DNA of 51,892 nucleotides from Eledone cirrhosa (Eukaryota): NCBI GenBank assembly GCA_964016885.1, contig CAXHJY010001442.1, positions 1 to 51,892 of the forward strand, read 5' to 3'. Shown piece by piece: positions 12,381 to 25,400 of this stretch (position 1 is its first letter; each line of letters starts with the position of its first letter). The notes under the pieces were generated by a model. It saw only the letters and a program-made list of their open reading frames with translations, ran no database searches and was not told where the DNA came from. The position numbers and the translations under genes were made by a program.

Positions 12381-13646
12381 AACACTTTACAGTAGAGAGG
12401 TTGTTACTTGCTCATCCTGACTAAACAGTTTTCCCAAACCCTGTATTGTCTCTGATTGCCAACACTGTAATCTCCAGTCACATACTACATATTTTTTGTT
12501 TCACTTCTTGTCTTTTATATTCTTCCACCAGTTACACCCTCCAGAAACATTCAGCATTTTTTAATACAACTATCTCCCTGAGAATTATGTCATGGGTACA
12601 TGTGTTTATGGAATGCTCAGCCACTTGCATATTTCATTGATCAAACATGCACATCACTAACAAATTGGTTATGCAATGTTATGAAATTTAATGGATTCAA
12701 GTATTGCATACAGTATTAAATTCTTTTTGTTTTGTCTGAAAATGTTAGCTGGACTACTATTTAAATAGAACATTATACTAAAATTGATAGCTTGTCTTTT
12801 GTCCATTGATTACAACACACAACTACCAATCTTATCAGCAGTAAGTTAAATAACTCTTAAAGTCTTCAGGGACCTCTCAAGTTGAGTCAACACTCTAGTT
12901 CCATGATGCTAAATAGATGAAAAATAGTTTTGACCACCTTTAATTATATTGTTAAATTATTACAAGTCAAATTTAAGTAGGAATGGTGAATTGATGGATT
13001 CCATTACCTTCTAAGACTATAAAAAGACTGGACCTAGTTTGAACTTAACACTAATACTAGTAGTTCGCTAATATTCCAGGATAGTGAATCACTATCCAGA
13101 ACTATTATTTACTCAACTACTATAATGACTAAAATATACATGTATTGAATATGATGATCTCGACTTTTACTTGACTGTTTTCCTATGAATGTATTTGCAA
13201 TGGCGAATAAAAAAAACCGTAATCAGTCAGTCTTCTTGTACGACAAGAGCTATCCTTCAATCAAATCATATTAAACTTTTATAGACTGCCTCTTCTGTTA
13301 CATGCCTTTAGGACCACAGAGTAAAGGTTAACAGTTGACTTTTCATGTCTACCTTTCATCAGAATTTTGGAGACAGCTATGCTTATTATACATAGTCTCT
13401 TGTCATCTAACAAATGGAGACAGCCATGCTTAATATATTCTCTTGATGTCTAACATATGACATGAGCTGACCAAATGTTTCTTTTATTGATTTCATATAA
13501 AAGTTTTTCAGCAACAGCTATGCCTAATATATTATCTTGGCATATGACATTGAAATAGGCTAACCAAATGTTTCTTTTTGGAGGTGAGGCTGCATTCTAT
13601 TTTCTATTAAAATTAATGTTGAATTTATGTAAAACTTTTTTCTCAG

Positions 13647-13793
13647 CTCAACAGAAAACTGATTCATGCAACTACATTGGACAAGTATACGTAATTGGAC
13701 AGATATTCATAGATACGGCCAAATGTAATCAGTGCAAATGCCAGCCGAAAGGAATTGTAACATGTAGCAAAACGATATGCACCCAGACAGCAG
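13647..13793 (+). CDS. Exon D of six-cysteine module protein
   Basis: TTTTTTCTCAG acceptor, GTAATA donor; 147 nt, phase 1-1; CNYIGQVYVIGQIFIDTAKCNQCKCQPKGIVTCSKTIC. Confidence 0.88.
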
Positions 13794-14044
13794 GTAATAA
13801 TACTAAACATTATTTTTGTTCACTGTTACATAAAGTTAAGGTAAACTTAGTGACCGACTGTATGCTTAGAGAGTATATGAGCACTGCCAAGCATTTCTAA
13901 GGCCTATTGAAATGCTATGACAAGCACACAAATGTCTAGTGTGGCACTTCAATGACTGGCTGCACCAATTACGGGAACTTGATTTATTGAATACTAACCA
14001 TTGATTTTCTAAAAGAACATTCTGAATATTGATCACTATTGTCT

Positions 14045-14215
14045 CATCATCACCATTTACGTCTATTTTCTATGCTTGAATGTTGTCTAATTCAGATGTT
14101 TGCATCTCTCTCATACGTTCAATTCTGACATGGTTTCTATGGCTGAATGCCTTTCCTGATGCCAACCACTTCACATTGTGTAGCGGATGTGTTTTATTGT
14201 GGCACCAGCACAACC
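14045..14215 (-). mobile_element. Degenerate RTE-type/SINE 3' end
   Basis: CATCATCACCATTTACGTC..ATGGCTGAATGCCTTTCCTGATGCCAACCAC, same family of 3' end. Confidence 0.55.
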
Positions 14216-15068
14216 ACCTTTCAACATTAGGGCACTCCTTGTGTAATCCTTATCCAAACTGGGAAGGCAGTTATGGAAGTAGGGGGATGAGAACAGGGGT
14301 GAGGTGGGGTGCATGCTACATATTTCTTACCAGGGGGGAAGGTGAGAGATAGAGATGGCCTTAGCGAAAGTAAGTGATGTTTTGTTTGTTCTGGGTCAGA
14401 CATGGAAAGAAGTGATTAGAGTGTGGGAATGAGAGAGGGTGGCAAACAATGTTGCCATAAATAACTGAAATAAAAATTGTTGTTTATGTCTAAATCAGAA
14501 TACGTTGTTATTTTTTCTTAAGTCATGCATAAAATGTAAATCAGATGAAAACATGGTGTCATTGTCATTCATACCAGAACATGGTACCAACTACAAATGT
14601 AGTTTGCAATATATTCATTTTTGTAATATTTTGTTGTCTAAATTAAACTCAGTTTTGGAAAATAAATGAGAATTGAAACTCTTAGAAATGTTCATTCGAA
14701 TATTGGTCAAGTTAATATTGATCTTGCCTTTGAGAGTTGAACTTCCTATGAAAGCATTTCAATGCACAATATGGATATTATAGTTTTATTGTCTTTCTTA
14801 TGACCCACACACATTGGGCATCGAATTATGGTAGCTGTTTATATATTCTGTCTATTGTGTTAGATACTCTGAAGGACAGAGGACTAAGGTAAAGAAATAA
14901 CTTTTCATGTATGTCTTTTCTTGACATTCTCAGAGACAATTAGCCATATGATATTCCTTCGTTGTTTTAATTATAACAACAGTGATGAGCTAAACGAATG
15001 TTTTATTTGGAGGGGTGTATTTTCAGTCTTCAAATTCATATCGAATTCGTATACAGCTTTTCTTTCAG

Positions 15069-15236
15069 AGACTCCAATACTGAAGATAGATATTTTCGCT
15101 ACATGCCACTACAATGGGCGCATATACATATTTGGCCAAAGGTTCGCAGCTATAGATAAATGTAATGAGTGCAGTTGCAAGACCGAAGGAAATATAGTGT
15201 GTACTAATATGATATGCACTCCCTTACGAAGTCAAG
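15069..15236 (+). CDS. Exon E of six-cysteine module protein
   Basis: TTTTCTTTCAG acceptor, GTAAAT donor; 168 nt, phase 1-1; CHYNGRIYIFGQRFAAIDKCNECSCKTEGNIVCTNMIC. Confidence 0.88.
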
Positions 15237-15451
15237 GTAAATAAGAAACGTTAATTTCGGAACAATGTGCTGAAAATTATACGTTAATCTTGATCACCGT
15301 TCTGTAAAAGTGTATTGTCTACGTCTAAATGAAAGTTTTCTATGATTTTTAATCATGTATAAAATGAATAATAGATAGAAATGGTGTGGTTTCATTAGTA
15401 ACACACCCTGATACTGATTTTAACATTGTTCTACAATATATTTCTTTTCAG

Positions 15452-15468
15452 AATATTTAGTAAAATAG
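15452..15468 (+). CDS. Possible terminal coding exon (EYLVK-stop)
   Basis: TTTCTTTTCAG acceptor in compatible phase; weakened because the surrounding sequence is paralogous to intron sequence at about 14470-14640. Confidence 0.3.
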
Positions 15469-16289
15469 AATGGATTATTATGAAGTGATAACATTTTAGC
15501 AAACTTATGGCCATGATATTCTCTTTTTATTGTGAGGAGGAAATGCTAGGATTGGAAAAATAGGTTTTGTTATAAAATCTGATTGAGAAAAATGAAGCTG
15601 AGACAGAGATCTCAAATTGAAACCTCAAATTCAGTGTTGTTCAATTATATGTCTTAATTCATTGTACTGTTAACATAGTAGTTTTAATGATGCCATCTTG
15701 TGGTTGTCGTGCTGGTCATTAATATGTTGGTGGTTGTGCAATTTTGTGGGAATCCTTGGTTTTAGTGCATTCCATTATTATGCACAGTATTAAATAATAA
15801 TTCGGTGTCTGCAGATGTTTAGTTAAAATACTATATAACTAAAACATTATCTGGCAATGTATGAATGCATTTCAATGCAAACTAAGAAGTTGCCTATTAA
15901 TATTAAACTAGTGAACCTATGCAGTCAATAATGATGGCAATAGCGTTGAACATATTTAATTTTTGAAGATCACTTATATACCAAGATTATGAGTGTGCGT
16001 GTCTGTATATGACTATATATAAAACACTTCTCACCATCACTCTATTCCTCTCCTTTCAGGATCACCCTCAGCCCTAATTCTCACTCACATCACTCTATTA
16101 AATCATCCCACACCAGTCACAGCTCTCTAATATCTGTTTCCTCACCATCATTGTACCCCAATTCACATTCCATCCTTGGTCACCTAAACATCCTTCCTCT
16201 TTTACATCACCCTACCAAATCACACCATATTTATCATACACTTGACATACTTTATCACCACTTCTCTCTTCATATCTTCTTTTCTTTTT

Positions 16290-17700
16290 CTTCACCCACT
16301 TATTCCTGAGGTCATGTGGGTAGTCCTCAAACAGTCCTTCCAGCAGGTCCTGTCAGAAACAATCATCTCTGGCTGGATCTCCAAGCAAGACCAACCAAGC
16401 TTATGGATGTTATCCAACAATCTTGCTCAGAGTCTACCCCTGGGTTTCCTGCCTATTGGTTTTGCCTGTAAAATCTGTCCAGAGATTCTAACCACATGCC
16501 TATAATATCTGAGCTGTGATTTATCAACTTGGAGGAATAATGGCTCTACCTGGAGTGACTCTCTGATCTCCGAGCTATGCACTCTATTGAGGAACAAACC
16601 CCATTTTAGCCACTTGTATTTGCAATCCTATTGTTTCGGTGATTACCCAAGATTCAGAACCATAGGTAGGGGTTGGCACGAATACCGAATTGAAGATAGC
16701 AAGTTTAGCTTTTATACCTACCTCCCTTCTTCTGATTACCAAATGCTGAAGCTGGCGCATTACTGCACCAGCTCCTGCAATTCTTGCACTTAATTCAGCC
16801 TCTTGCCTTCCATCACTTAGGAACATGGACCCGAGATACTTCTCTACTGCTTCAGTGGAATTGCTCAGTTTTCGCAGCACTGATCTTCATTCCAGCCATG
16901 CAACACTCAGCATCAAACCTATCAAGTTGGAGATCACCTTCTGTCGAGTTAAGTAACACCATGTTGTCTGCAAATTCCAGCCGACTGATTTTACACCCAC
17001 CAGTCCTGATATGACTTCTAACCTAGCTGCACTTGTCAATCCTGTTCATGTAAATGATGAACAGGAGAAGTGACAGTATGCACCCTTGGCAGACTCTGAC
17101 TGCAACATTGAATGGTTTCAACTTGGCACCATTTATCCAGACACAAATACTCAAGCATTCGTAGAAAGATATCAGGGCAACAAGAAGCTGACCATCAATC
17201 CCATACTCCTGCAAAACTTTTCACAGCAGGTCCTGAGCAACATGGTCATATGCCTTTTCAAGGTCGACAAAACGAAAATATATCCCTAGGCAATATTCCC
17301 ACAATTGCTCGAAGACCTGCCGCACTGTTATATTTGGTTGGCTGTGTTGCATCTGGGGTGAAAAGTGCACTGTTCTTTAGCTAGCTTGGACTCGACAATC
17401 TCCCTGCATCTCTTTGCCAGACACTTAGCATAGACTTTACAGGGAGGCTTAGCCAGGAGATCTCTCTTGTCTCACTTTTTTGAAAATTGGGATTAGCACT
17501 CCCGATTGCCATTGCTTAGGTGTCTTTACATGAGTCAACCAGAGAATACTTTCTCTATTTAAGGCTTTCAACATCTCAGGACGAATTTCATCTTCCATAG
17601 CGGCCTTCCCACATTTGAGCTATTTAACCGCTCTTATGACCTCAGCCTCTGAGAGATTAGTCACCGCTCCCGAAAAATATATTGCAGTGTCCATTTCATG
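16290..17700 (-). mobile_element. Old degenerate RTE-clade LINE (RT region)
   Basis: GKAA..DEI.PEMLK, VDL.KA.D, V.QGCILS.LLFIIYM, YLGS, PT.TYGSESW in broken frames. Confidence 0.8.
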
Positions 17701-18289
17701 CCGCAAAAACTGGCGATTGGCTTGCAACCTGTCCTGGGAGGTGTGGGATGGACGCATAAGATTGCTTATCCCAAGACCCCAAAGAGGGGAGAAAACCTTT
17801 AAATGCTACTCCGCTTGTCATGCATTCATGATACTTTATTTTTCACCTCCCCTTCTCACCCACCTATTATCTCTCACTCTACTGCCTCTCCCGCCACCCT
17901 CACTTCTTACTAACTGTTCTCACCATCAATGTACTTCGCTACATTATCCAGATCACCCACACCTGTCATAGCTCCTTTAGCATATGTTCTCATGATTACT
18001 GTTTCTCCATTCTATCCAAAGTCACCACTACACCTTCCCACTCTTGCAGCACCCAGCCAAACCTACCACAATTGTTATATATTTTCATACATCACCCATT
18101 AAATCTTACCATACTTGTCATAATTCATGATACTATACTTGTCACCTCCCACACCCACCTATTGTCGCTCATCTTTGATATTATATTTATCCATCTTACT
18201 TTCCCAAAACATATCTCAAAACATCATCATCCCCCACCACATCGGGTAGAGAAACGTCATAGGGTAGAGTGAGTCAATGACTTGCAAGT

Positions 18290-18610
18290 TCTCTAGCGTT
18301 AGTACAACAAAAACTGCACCCCATATAGCCGATAAAGTGGTTGACATTAGGAAGGGCATCCAGCTGTAGAAAGCATCCCCCAAAAAGAGTTGAGAGGACT
18401 TTTCAATCATGTTAAAGATATGACAACAGCCTATATAATGTTGCCATGATAACAATGCACCCAGTGCATTCTATAACGTGCAGAAAAAAGAAATTGAGAT
18501 GTTAATGACCGTCTGAGAGGCCAGTAGCTCTGCTTCAGTACAAAATTTATTTTGACAACCTGTTCAACATTTGTAAGCTGGGGAAGCAGCCGTTAAATGA
18601 TGATGATGAG
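18290..18610 (+). mobile_element. Degenerate SINE/RTE 3' end with (GAT)n tail
   Basis: GTGGTTGACATTAGGAAGGGCATCCAGCTGTAGAAA and CGTTAAATGATGATGATG. Confidence 0.55.
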
Positions 18611-18792
18611 TATATATATAAATATATATATATAAACGGAAAAAATGAAACGATATTTCATACGTGCATATATATATAAACGGAAAAAATGAAACGATAT
18701 TCCATACGTGCATATATATATGTGTGCATGTATGTATATATATATACATACTACTGTACGTCGGTATGCATATATGTATGTACGTGTACATA

Positions 18793-18832
<40 letters not shown>

Positions 18833-18842
18833 AGCAAAGAGA

Positions 18843-19243
18843 TATTTAATTTGTTGGTAATTCAACAAATTTATTTATAACAGATTCGAAACACTCAACA
18901 GCTTTCCTGGAGTATAATATCAATGATATTAATAAATGGAAAACTATATTTATGAAACCATATTTATTTTATTATATATATTTCAAGGGTACCAAAAACT
19001 TTGGTACGCTATCATGAGATAAAAAACAAAATTTGTTTTATAAATAGTGACATACCGCAGAAACCAGACCTTATCGGTTCGGGTTCAGTTTGCTGGTTTC
19101 TGGGGTATGTCACTATTTATAAAACAAATTTTGTATTTTATCTGATGAGAGCATACCAAAGTTTTTGGTACCCTTGAAATATATATAATAAAATAAATAT
19201 GGTTTTATAAATATAGTTTTCCATTTATTAATATCATTGATAT
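18843..19243. mobile_element. Family A copy 3 as inverted repeat (arms 18917-19067 / 19093-19243)
   Basis: 151-bp near-perfect arms, 25-nt spacer; CTGATGA at 19142-19148, hairpin ACCAAA/TTTGGT, GAAA at 19176. Confidence 0.8.
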
Positions 19244-19350
19244 ATATGGCCAACTGAATTCGCATGTGTGTTTTTTCGCCCCCTTTTTTCCTATTTTTTC
19301 CCAGTTCCTTCATCTTATCACTCTTTACTTGCTATTTATCTTCTATTTCT

Positions 19351-19388
19351 ATCTTCTGATGAAGGACTAGTGTCCAAAACGTTAAGAT
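19351..19388 (+). ncRNA. Minimal Penelope-type hammerhead, core mutated (GAAA to AAAA)
   Basis: AUCUU-CUGAUGA-A-GGAC-UAGU-GUCC-AAAA-CG-UU-AAGAU; lies in a pLTR-like segment 19250-19483 ending in (TA)n. Confidence 0.65.
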
Positions 19389-19482
19389 TATCTTCCTGCT
19401 ATTTCAAGCGTTAAACTGATATATTTCTTCCATGTACTGTGCCATTTGTTTTGTTATTTTTCTTATTTCTGTTTACCTTTTG

Positions 19483-19513
<31 letters not shown>

Positions 19514-19516
19514 GTA

Positions 19517-19557
<41 letters not shown>

Positions 19558-19888
19558 GTATATATATATATATGTGCATATATATATATATGTGCGTATA
19601 TATATATATGTGCGTATATATATATATGTGCGTATATATATATGTGCGTATATATATATATATGTGTGCGTATATATATATATATATATGTGCGTATATA
19701 TATATGTGCGTATATATATATATAATATGTGTGTATACACATATATATATTTATATATATATAATATGTGTGTGTATACACATATATATATTTATATATA
19801 TATAATATGTGTGTGTATACACATATATATATTTATATATATAATGTGTGTGTGTATACATATATATATACATATATATATATATATC
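19483..19888. repeat. (TA)n array with TGTGCG and ~39-bp higher-order units
   Basis: Direct inspection. Confidence 0.95.
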
Positions 19889-20231
19889 CAGGGAGTGTAA
19901 CTTGGAGTTACTGTAGGTTCACCCGGGTGAGCACTTGATGTTTAGATTCACTTCAGTGTCGAGGTGTAGAGCTAGACAGAGTGTATTATAGTGAAATAAA
20001 ATAACAAGGACGATTGGTTACTCCTTCATTACATTTATTGGTTGGTGACGCGCGTTTTGCCACTGATCAGCTCAAGGTTCGATCTGTATCGTTCTATCCC
20101 AACTCAGTAATCCGCGGCTCTTCAAACCCCTGACAATGGTAATGGAAAAATGATTCATTTTAAGCTGATCAGTGGCAAAACGCGCATGACCAACCAATAA
20201 ACGTAATGGAGTAACTAATCGTCCTTGTTAT
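19889..20231 (-). mobile_element. Penelope-type non-coding element with inverted terminal duplication and degenerate hammerhead (20044-20128)
   Basis: Arms about 20001-20073 / 20161-20231; minus strand GGU-UUGAAGA-GCCGCGGAUUA...UGAUCAGUGGC-AAAA-CGCGCG-UC-ACC. Confidence 0.6.
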
Positions 20232-20963
20232 ATGTGTGTGTGTATATACATATATATATGTGTGTGTGTGTATATATATGTGTGTGTGTATATATATGTG
20301 TGTGTATATATATATGTATATACATATATATATGTATATATATATGTATATATATGTGTATATATATGTATATGTGTATATATGTGTATATATATGTATA
20401 TCTATATGTGTATATATATATATATGTGTATCTATATGTGTATATATATATATATGTATATGTAGATATATGTTTATATATGTATATATATATTATATAT
20501 GTATATATATGTTTATATATGTATATATATGTATATATATGTATATATGTATATATATATATGTGTATACATATATGTATATATGTGTATAAATATATAT
20601 ATATATATGTGTATATATATATTATATATATATATATATATATTTTTATTATTAAGGTTTTTGATGTTCTATTGAGAGAATCGTTTTTACTGAAAATATC
20701 GAATAATGTACACCATTTTACCAGTATCACATAAATAAATACTGGTCCACCCACACACACACACACATATTCTCTCACACACACACACACACACACATAT
20801 ATATACACACACACGCGTACATTAACATACAAAGAGACATATACACACACACACTTCTCAGTATAAGACAAGAGCTGAAAAATATCTTTTAACATGTTAA
20901 AATATCCCCCACACACTTACAGACACATTCCTACTGACAATCCCTCTATCACAAATTACTCTG

Positions 20964-21046
<83 letters not shown>

Positions 21047-21161
21047 TCTTAATAGGCATTTGAACTGTCAACAGGCTGCGGTTTGCACACACATCCCTGC
21101 TGACCATTATCACAACAATGAACCTCTTTACTACTACTACTACACACACACACACACACAC
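20230..21161. repeat. Compound (TA)n/(TG)n and (CA)n microsatellites
   Basis: Direct inspection; pure (CA)n at about 20966-21043. Confidence 0.9.
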
Positions 21162-21628
21162 ATATTTGTTTTGAAAGATTTATTTTTCAGTGACTTCTCA
21201 ATCAGCCGACACAAACCTACATTTGGCGCAAAATCAATTTTTAACATTCACATGACCTCTACCGACCAATCAAAATTGTTTTGACCACAAGAAGTTTTGC
21301 AATACGAATTGGCGTGAAACTTATTTTAATACCGCTGGAGCCACTTTTTTCACATAAAAACAGGTAGAATTCCCCAAACTAATCAGATTAAAGCAAACAT
21401 AACGTACGCTCTATCTCAAAATTAATTTTTGAAAAGCATTAGAAATGCGCAACCGGTAAAACTTAAAACCAAAACTGAATACTAACGAATACTATTACTA
21501 ATTCTCACTTATTCCTAATTAAACTATTTTTCACTGTGAACAATTTGTCAGCATTTTCTTTTCCGTTTACCAATATATCATAACTTGTGTGTTACACCTC
21601 TATTCTTTTAAATATATATATATATAGA

Positions 21629-21908
21629 AAAAAAGATGAAATCGAAAATGCAACTGGAGTCTTATTTAAAAAAAATATATATATATTTATTTGGTTCCTT
21701 AACCGGTTTCTCACTTCTTCTGCTTTTCAAAAGTAGAGTTGAGATGGAGGGTCTGGTTTTTCTCACATGTGAGAAAAACCACAGACCCTCCATCTCAACT
21801 CTACTTTTGAAAAGCAGAAGAAGTGCAAAACCGGTAAAGGAACCAAATAAATATATATATTTAAAAAAAAAATAAGACTGCAGTTGCATTTTCGATTTCA
21901 TCTTTTTT
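21629..21908. repeat. 280-bp near-perfect palindrome with no spacer (centre CACA|TGTG at 21767/21768)
   Basis: The two near-identical opposite-strand ORFs 21636-21875 and 21662-21901 reflect this symmetry; short TA tract on left. Confidence 0.9.
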
Positions 21909-22202
21909 ACTTTATACTTTCACTCGTGTAGGACACCTCGGTTATTTTCCATTTGGTAAAAAAAACCTCACTTTCTAATATATATATATATATGTGAATA
22001 TATATATGTGTGTGAATATATATATGTGAATATATATATGTGTGTGTATATATATATGTATATATATATATGTGAATATATATATGTGTGTGAATATATA
22101 TATGTAAATATATATAGGTGAATATATATATGTGTGTGTATATATATATGTATATATATATATGTGAATATATATATGTAAATATATATATGTGTGTATA
22201 TA

Positions 22203-22271
<69 letters not shown>

Positions 22272-22495
22272 GTATATATATATATGTATATACATATATG
22301 TATTATGCATGTAAGTAAATATTTTCCTTATCTGATATTTTGTAACTAACCTTACATAGATCGATAATGAAAGATGGTCACGATGTATTATCATCACCTA
22401 GAAACGATCGTAAAGCAGTGAATTATATTTCTAATGACTTGAATTTTTATTTCATTGTTTTAACTAATATACATATATGTATATATATAGATAAT

Positions 22496-25400
22496 TTTCT
22501 TTTTATTTGCCACCAGGGCATCAAAAAGTGGGACAAGTACAATGGGGGGAGTTTACATAACAAGGCTTCCTCAATAAGGAGGAGGCAATAACAAAATATA
22601 AAAATAAAATAAAATATGACAAAATAAAATTTATAACAAAATCCTCAATAGGGGGGTCGCACACACCCCCGAAAAAAAAGTGTGCAACCCTTCTCCTCAG
22701 GAGCACAAAGATGGGGTGCTCCCTTGGTCTTTCATCTTCCTCACCTATAGTCTGATGTAGAGTGAAGGCCCATTCACACGGGCCATTCTCGCCACTTTCA
22801 CCCATCTTTCATAAAAACGGCTGGGATGCAGCACCTCTCTCTCCATCCTGATCCTTCTCCCGAAATGATATCGGAAGAAACGGACCAGTTGTTGGCCAGA
22901 GAGAAAGGTGTCTGACCTCAGTCCTTTCAGACGTGTCCACCATACAACCTCTTTCGCCATGGCTATTACGCACAGAAACACCGCCTCTCCTTCGTTTTTG
23001 AAGAGGGGAGGCGGCTTGATTATTACAATAGACTCGGTGGTCAACCGGATCGGTCCCACCCTTGACAGCAGTTATTCGACATAGCCCCACAGATCGGCAA
23101 TGCCCGAGCAGTGTACCAATGCGTGTGCAACGGTTTCCTCGTCGCACACGCATCTGGGACAGATCTTTTTCGAGGGGTCCCTACCCGGGTGCCCGTGTCT
23201 GTAGAGCCTTTCTCGAATGGGCAGAGCCCTTCTGTAACACTGCCAGGCCAGGGACCTCTGGAAGTTATCCATGGGTCCCGGGCTGAATGTCCTACCGAAC
23301 AGGTTGGCCAGTTCGTCTTCCTCCATGCCTAGGGCTTCTCCGAGGGCGTCGTCGCACCTGCTAACCACCAGCCCTCTATAGAATGACGAGGTAGATTCTC
23401 CATTGAGAGCCAGGTCTGCCTACCAGAGAGCCGTGAGCGCCTGGGCACACTCGGTGTGCCAGGCGCCCAGTTTTCTCGGTCTTTGCTTGACCTAGGATTG
23501 CAGCTCGGTGAGTGAGACGAGTCAGGGAAAGGCTCGCCTCACAAACGGGGCCCACACCGGTTGACCGGTGAGGAATACCTGGAGGTGCCGTAGCCTTAAT
23601 GCGTATTTACGTATCATTAGCCACGGCATCCTCAGCCCTCCTTTTGAAGGGTGTTGACAGCAGATGGATCTCCTCACCATAGGAGCCCGCTTATTCCAAA
23701 GGAATTGGAAGAGTGCGCGCTCCATTTTGGCGAGCGTTTCCCTTGGGCAAGGCACAACGGTCAGGCGGTAGTAGATGACGGACGCTATATAAGTGTTCGC
23801 CACCTCCGCCCGACCTTTCAGGGACAGTTTGCACTCGGCCCACTTCTGGGTCAGTGCAAACACCCTGTTCGTTACCTCACCCCAGTTCTTCTCCACCTGG
23901 AGGTCTGGTCCGAACCAGACCCCGAGCAACTTCACCGGGCCCTCCGTCCAGCACCCGACGACGCCATCGGAGGGCATCGATCTGGCCCTCCACGTGCCGA
24001 GTTGCAGACCGATCGACTTGGCCCGGTTCAGCTTAGCCCCTGTAAACCTTTCGTACTCCTCCAGTAAGGTGCCGATCGCCCCGATTTCCGAGGCCTTCGA
24101 CACCATTACTGTTACGTCGTCGGCGTAGGCCGACACCGCTTTCCGCAATCCCTGTTCCAAAGGGATGCCCTGCAACAACTCCAACTTCCGCAGCAGTGGT
24201 TCTAGAGTCATTACATACAGAAGGGAGGAGAGAGGGCACCCTTGTCGGATGGACCGCGCGATTTCGAACGGCTCCGAGAGGTAGCCGTTCACCTTGACCC
24301 TAGAGCAGATGCGGCTGCTGTGCATGGCATTGATCCAGCCCCTGAAAACAGGTCCGAAGCCTGCCGCCGCTAGTACCGCATCCAGGTAACCATGGTCGAC
24401 CCTATCGAACGCCTTAGATTGATCCAAGTTGATCAGGGCTCCACCAAAGCCGGGTTCGTTCCCAACCCTCTCCATGATGTATCGCATGAGGTGGAGGTTG
24501 TCGTGGATGGACCTGGATGGGATAGCACATGTCTGCGCATCTCCCACCAGGTTGCCCACGACAAGCGCCAACCTCTTTGCTAACACCTTGGCCAAAATCT
24601 GTAACTCTGTATTTAGCAGAGTTATGGGCCTGAAATTATTTATATTGTCCCCCTTGTTCTTGTCCTTCCTCACTAGCGTGACTACGCCCTTGGTCACAGC
24701 ACAGGGAATTCTCCCGTTCTGTTGCCAGTTGCAGTAGATCGCCTCGAGGAGATCAGGTAACAAGTCCGGCATAGCTAGATACAGTTCGTATGGAAGACCA
24801 TCGAGACCCGGGGATTTGCGTTTGCCGCATTGGCTGAGCACGTCCTCTATCTCAGCGGCTGAAATCGGCTCCTCGCAGGACTTCGCCTCCCTGTCTGAGA
24901 GACGCGGCAGGCCGTCGAGGTATGGACTGAAGTCCACATCCCCAACCGGCTCCCCGCCCCTTCCGAACAATCCGGCAAAGTGCTTTTGAAAAGCCTCGCA
25001 CATCTGCTTAGATTCAAGGATCACCCGTCCATCCTGGTCTCGCAAAGACCGGATAGTGGATCTGCTCCCTCTTTTGGCTTCTGTCACGCGGGCCCAGCTA
25101 ACAGCTTTGGTCCTCTCGTTTCCCAGAGCACGTATTTTGCTTCGGACGATGCAGCCTTCGTGTTTCGCGTCGAAGAACTGGCCCAGGGCCGTTCTCGACG
25201 CTAGCACTCTGGCCACGTCGCCGCTTCTAATTGCCTCTTCTACACTATCTACCAGCTCCCTTTCCTTCCTATTTCTATTTGACGCTAACTCCTTACTAAA
25301 TTCTATAGAGACTACTCTAATCTCTCTTTTGAGAGATCCCCACCACCTGCTGTTGACGATGGCGCCCGTCAACCGCTCCTTAACTAAAGTGCTAATCCGG

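Noticed and set aside
21636-21901. Pair of near-identical opposite-strand 79-aa ORFs (also 36191-36394 / 37081-37293)
   Set aside because: By-product of DNA palindromes; no protein motifs
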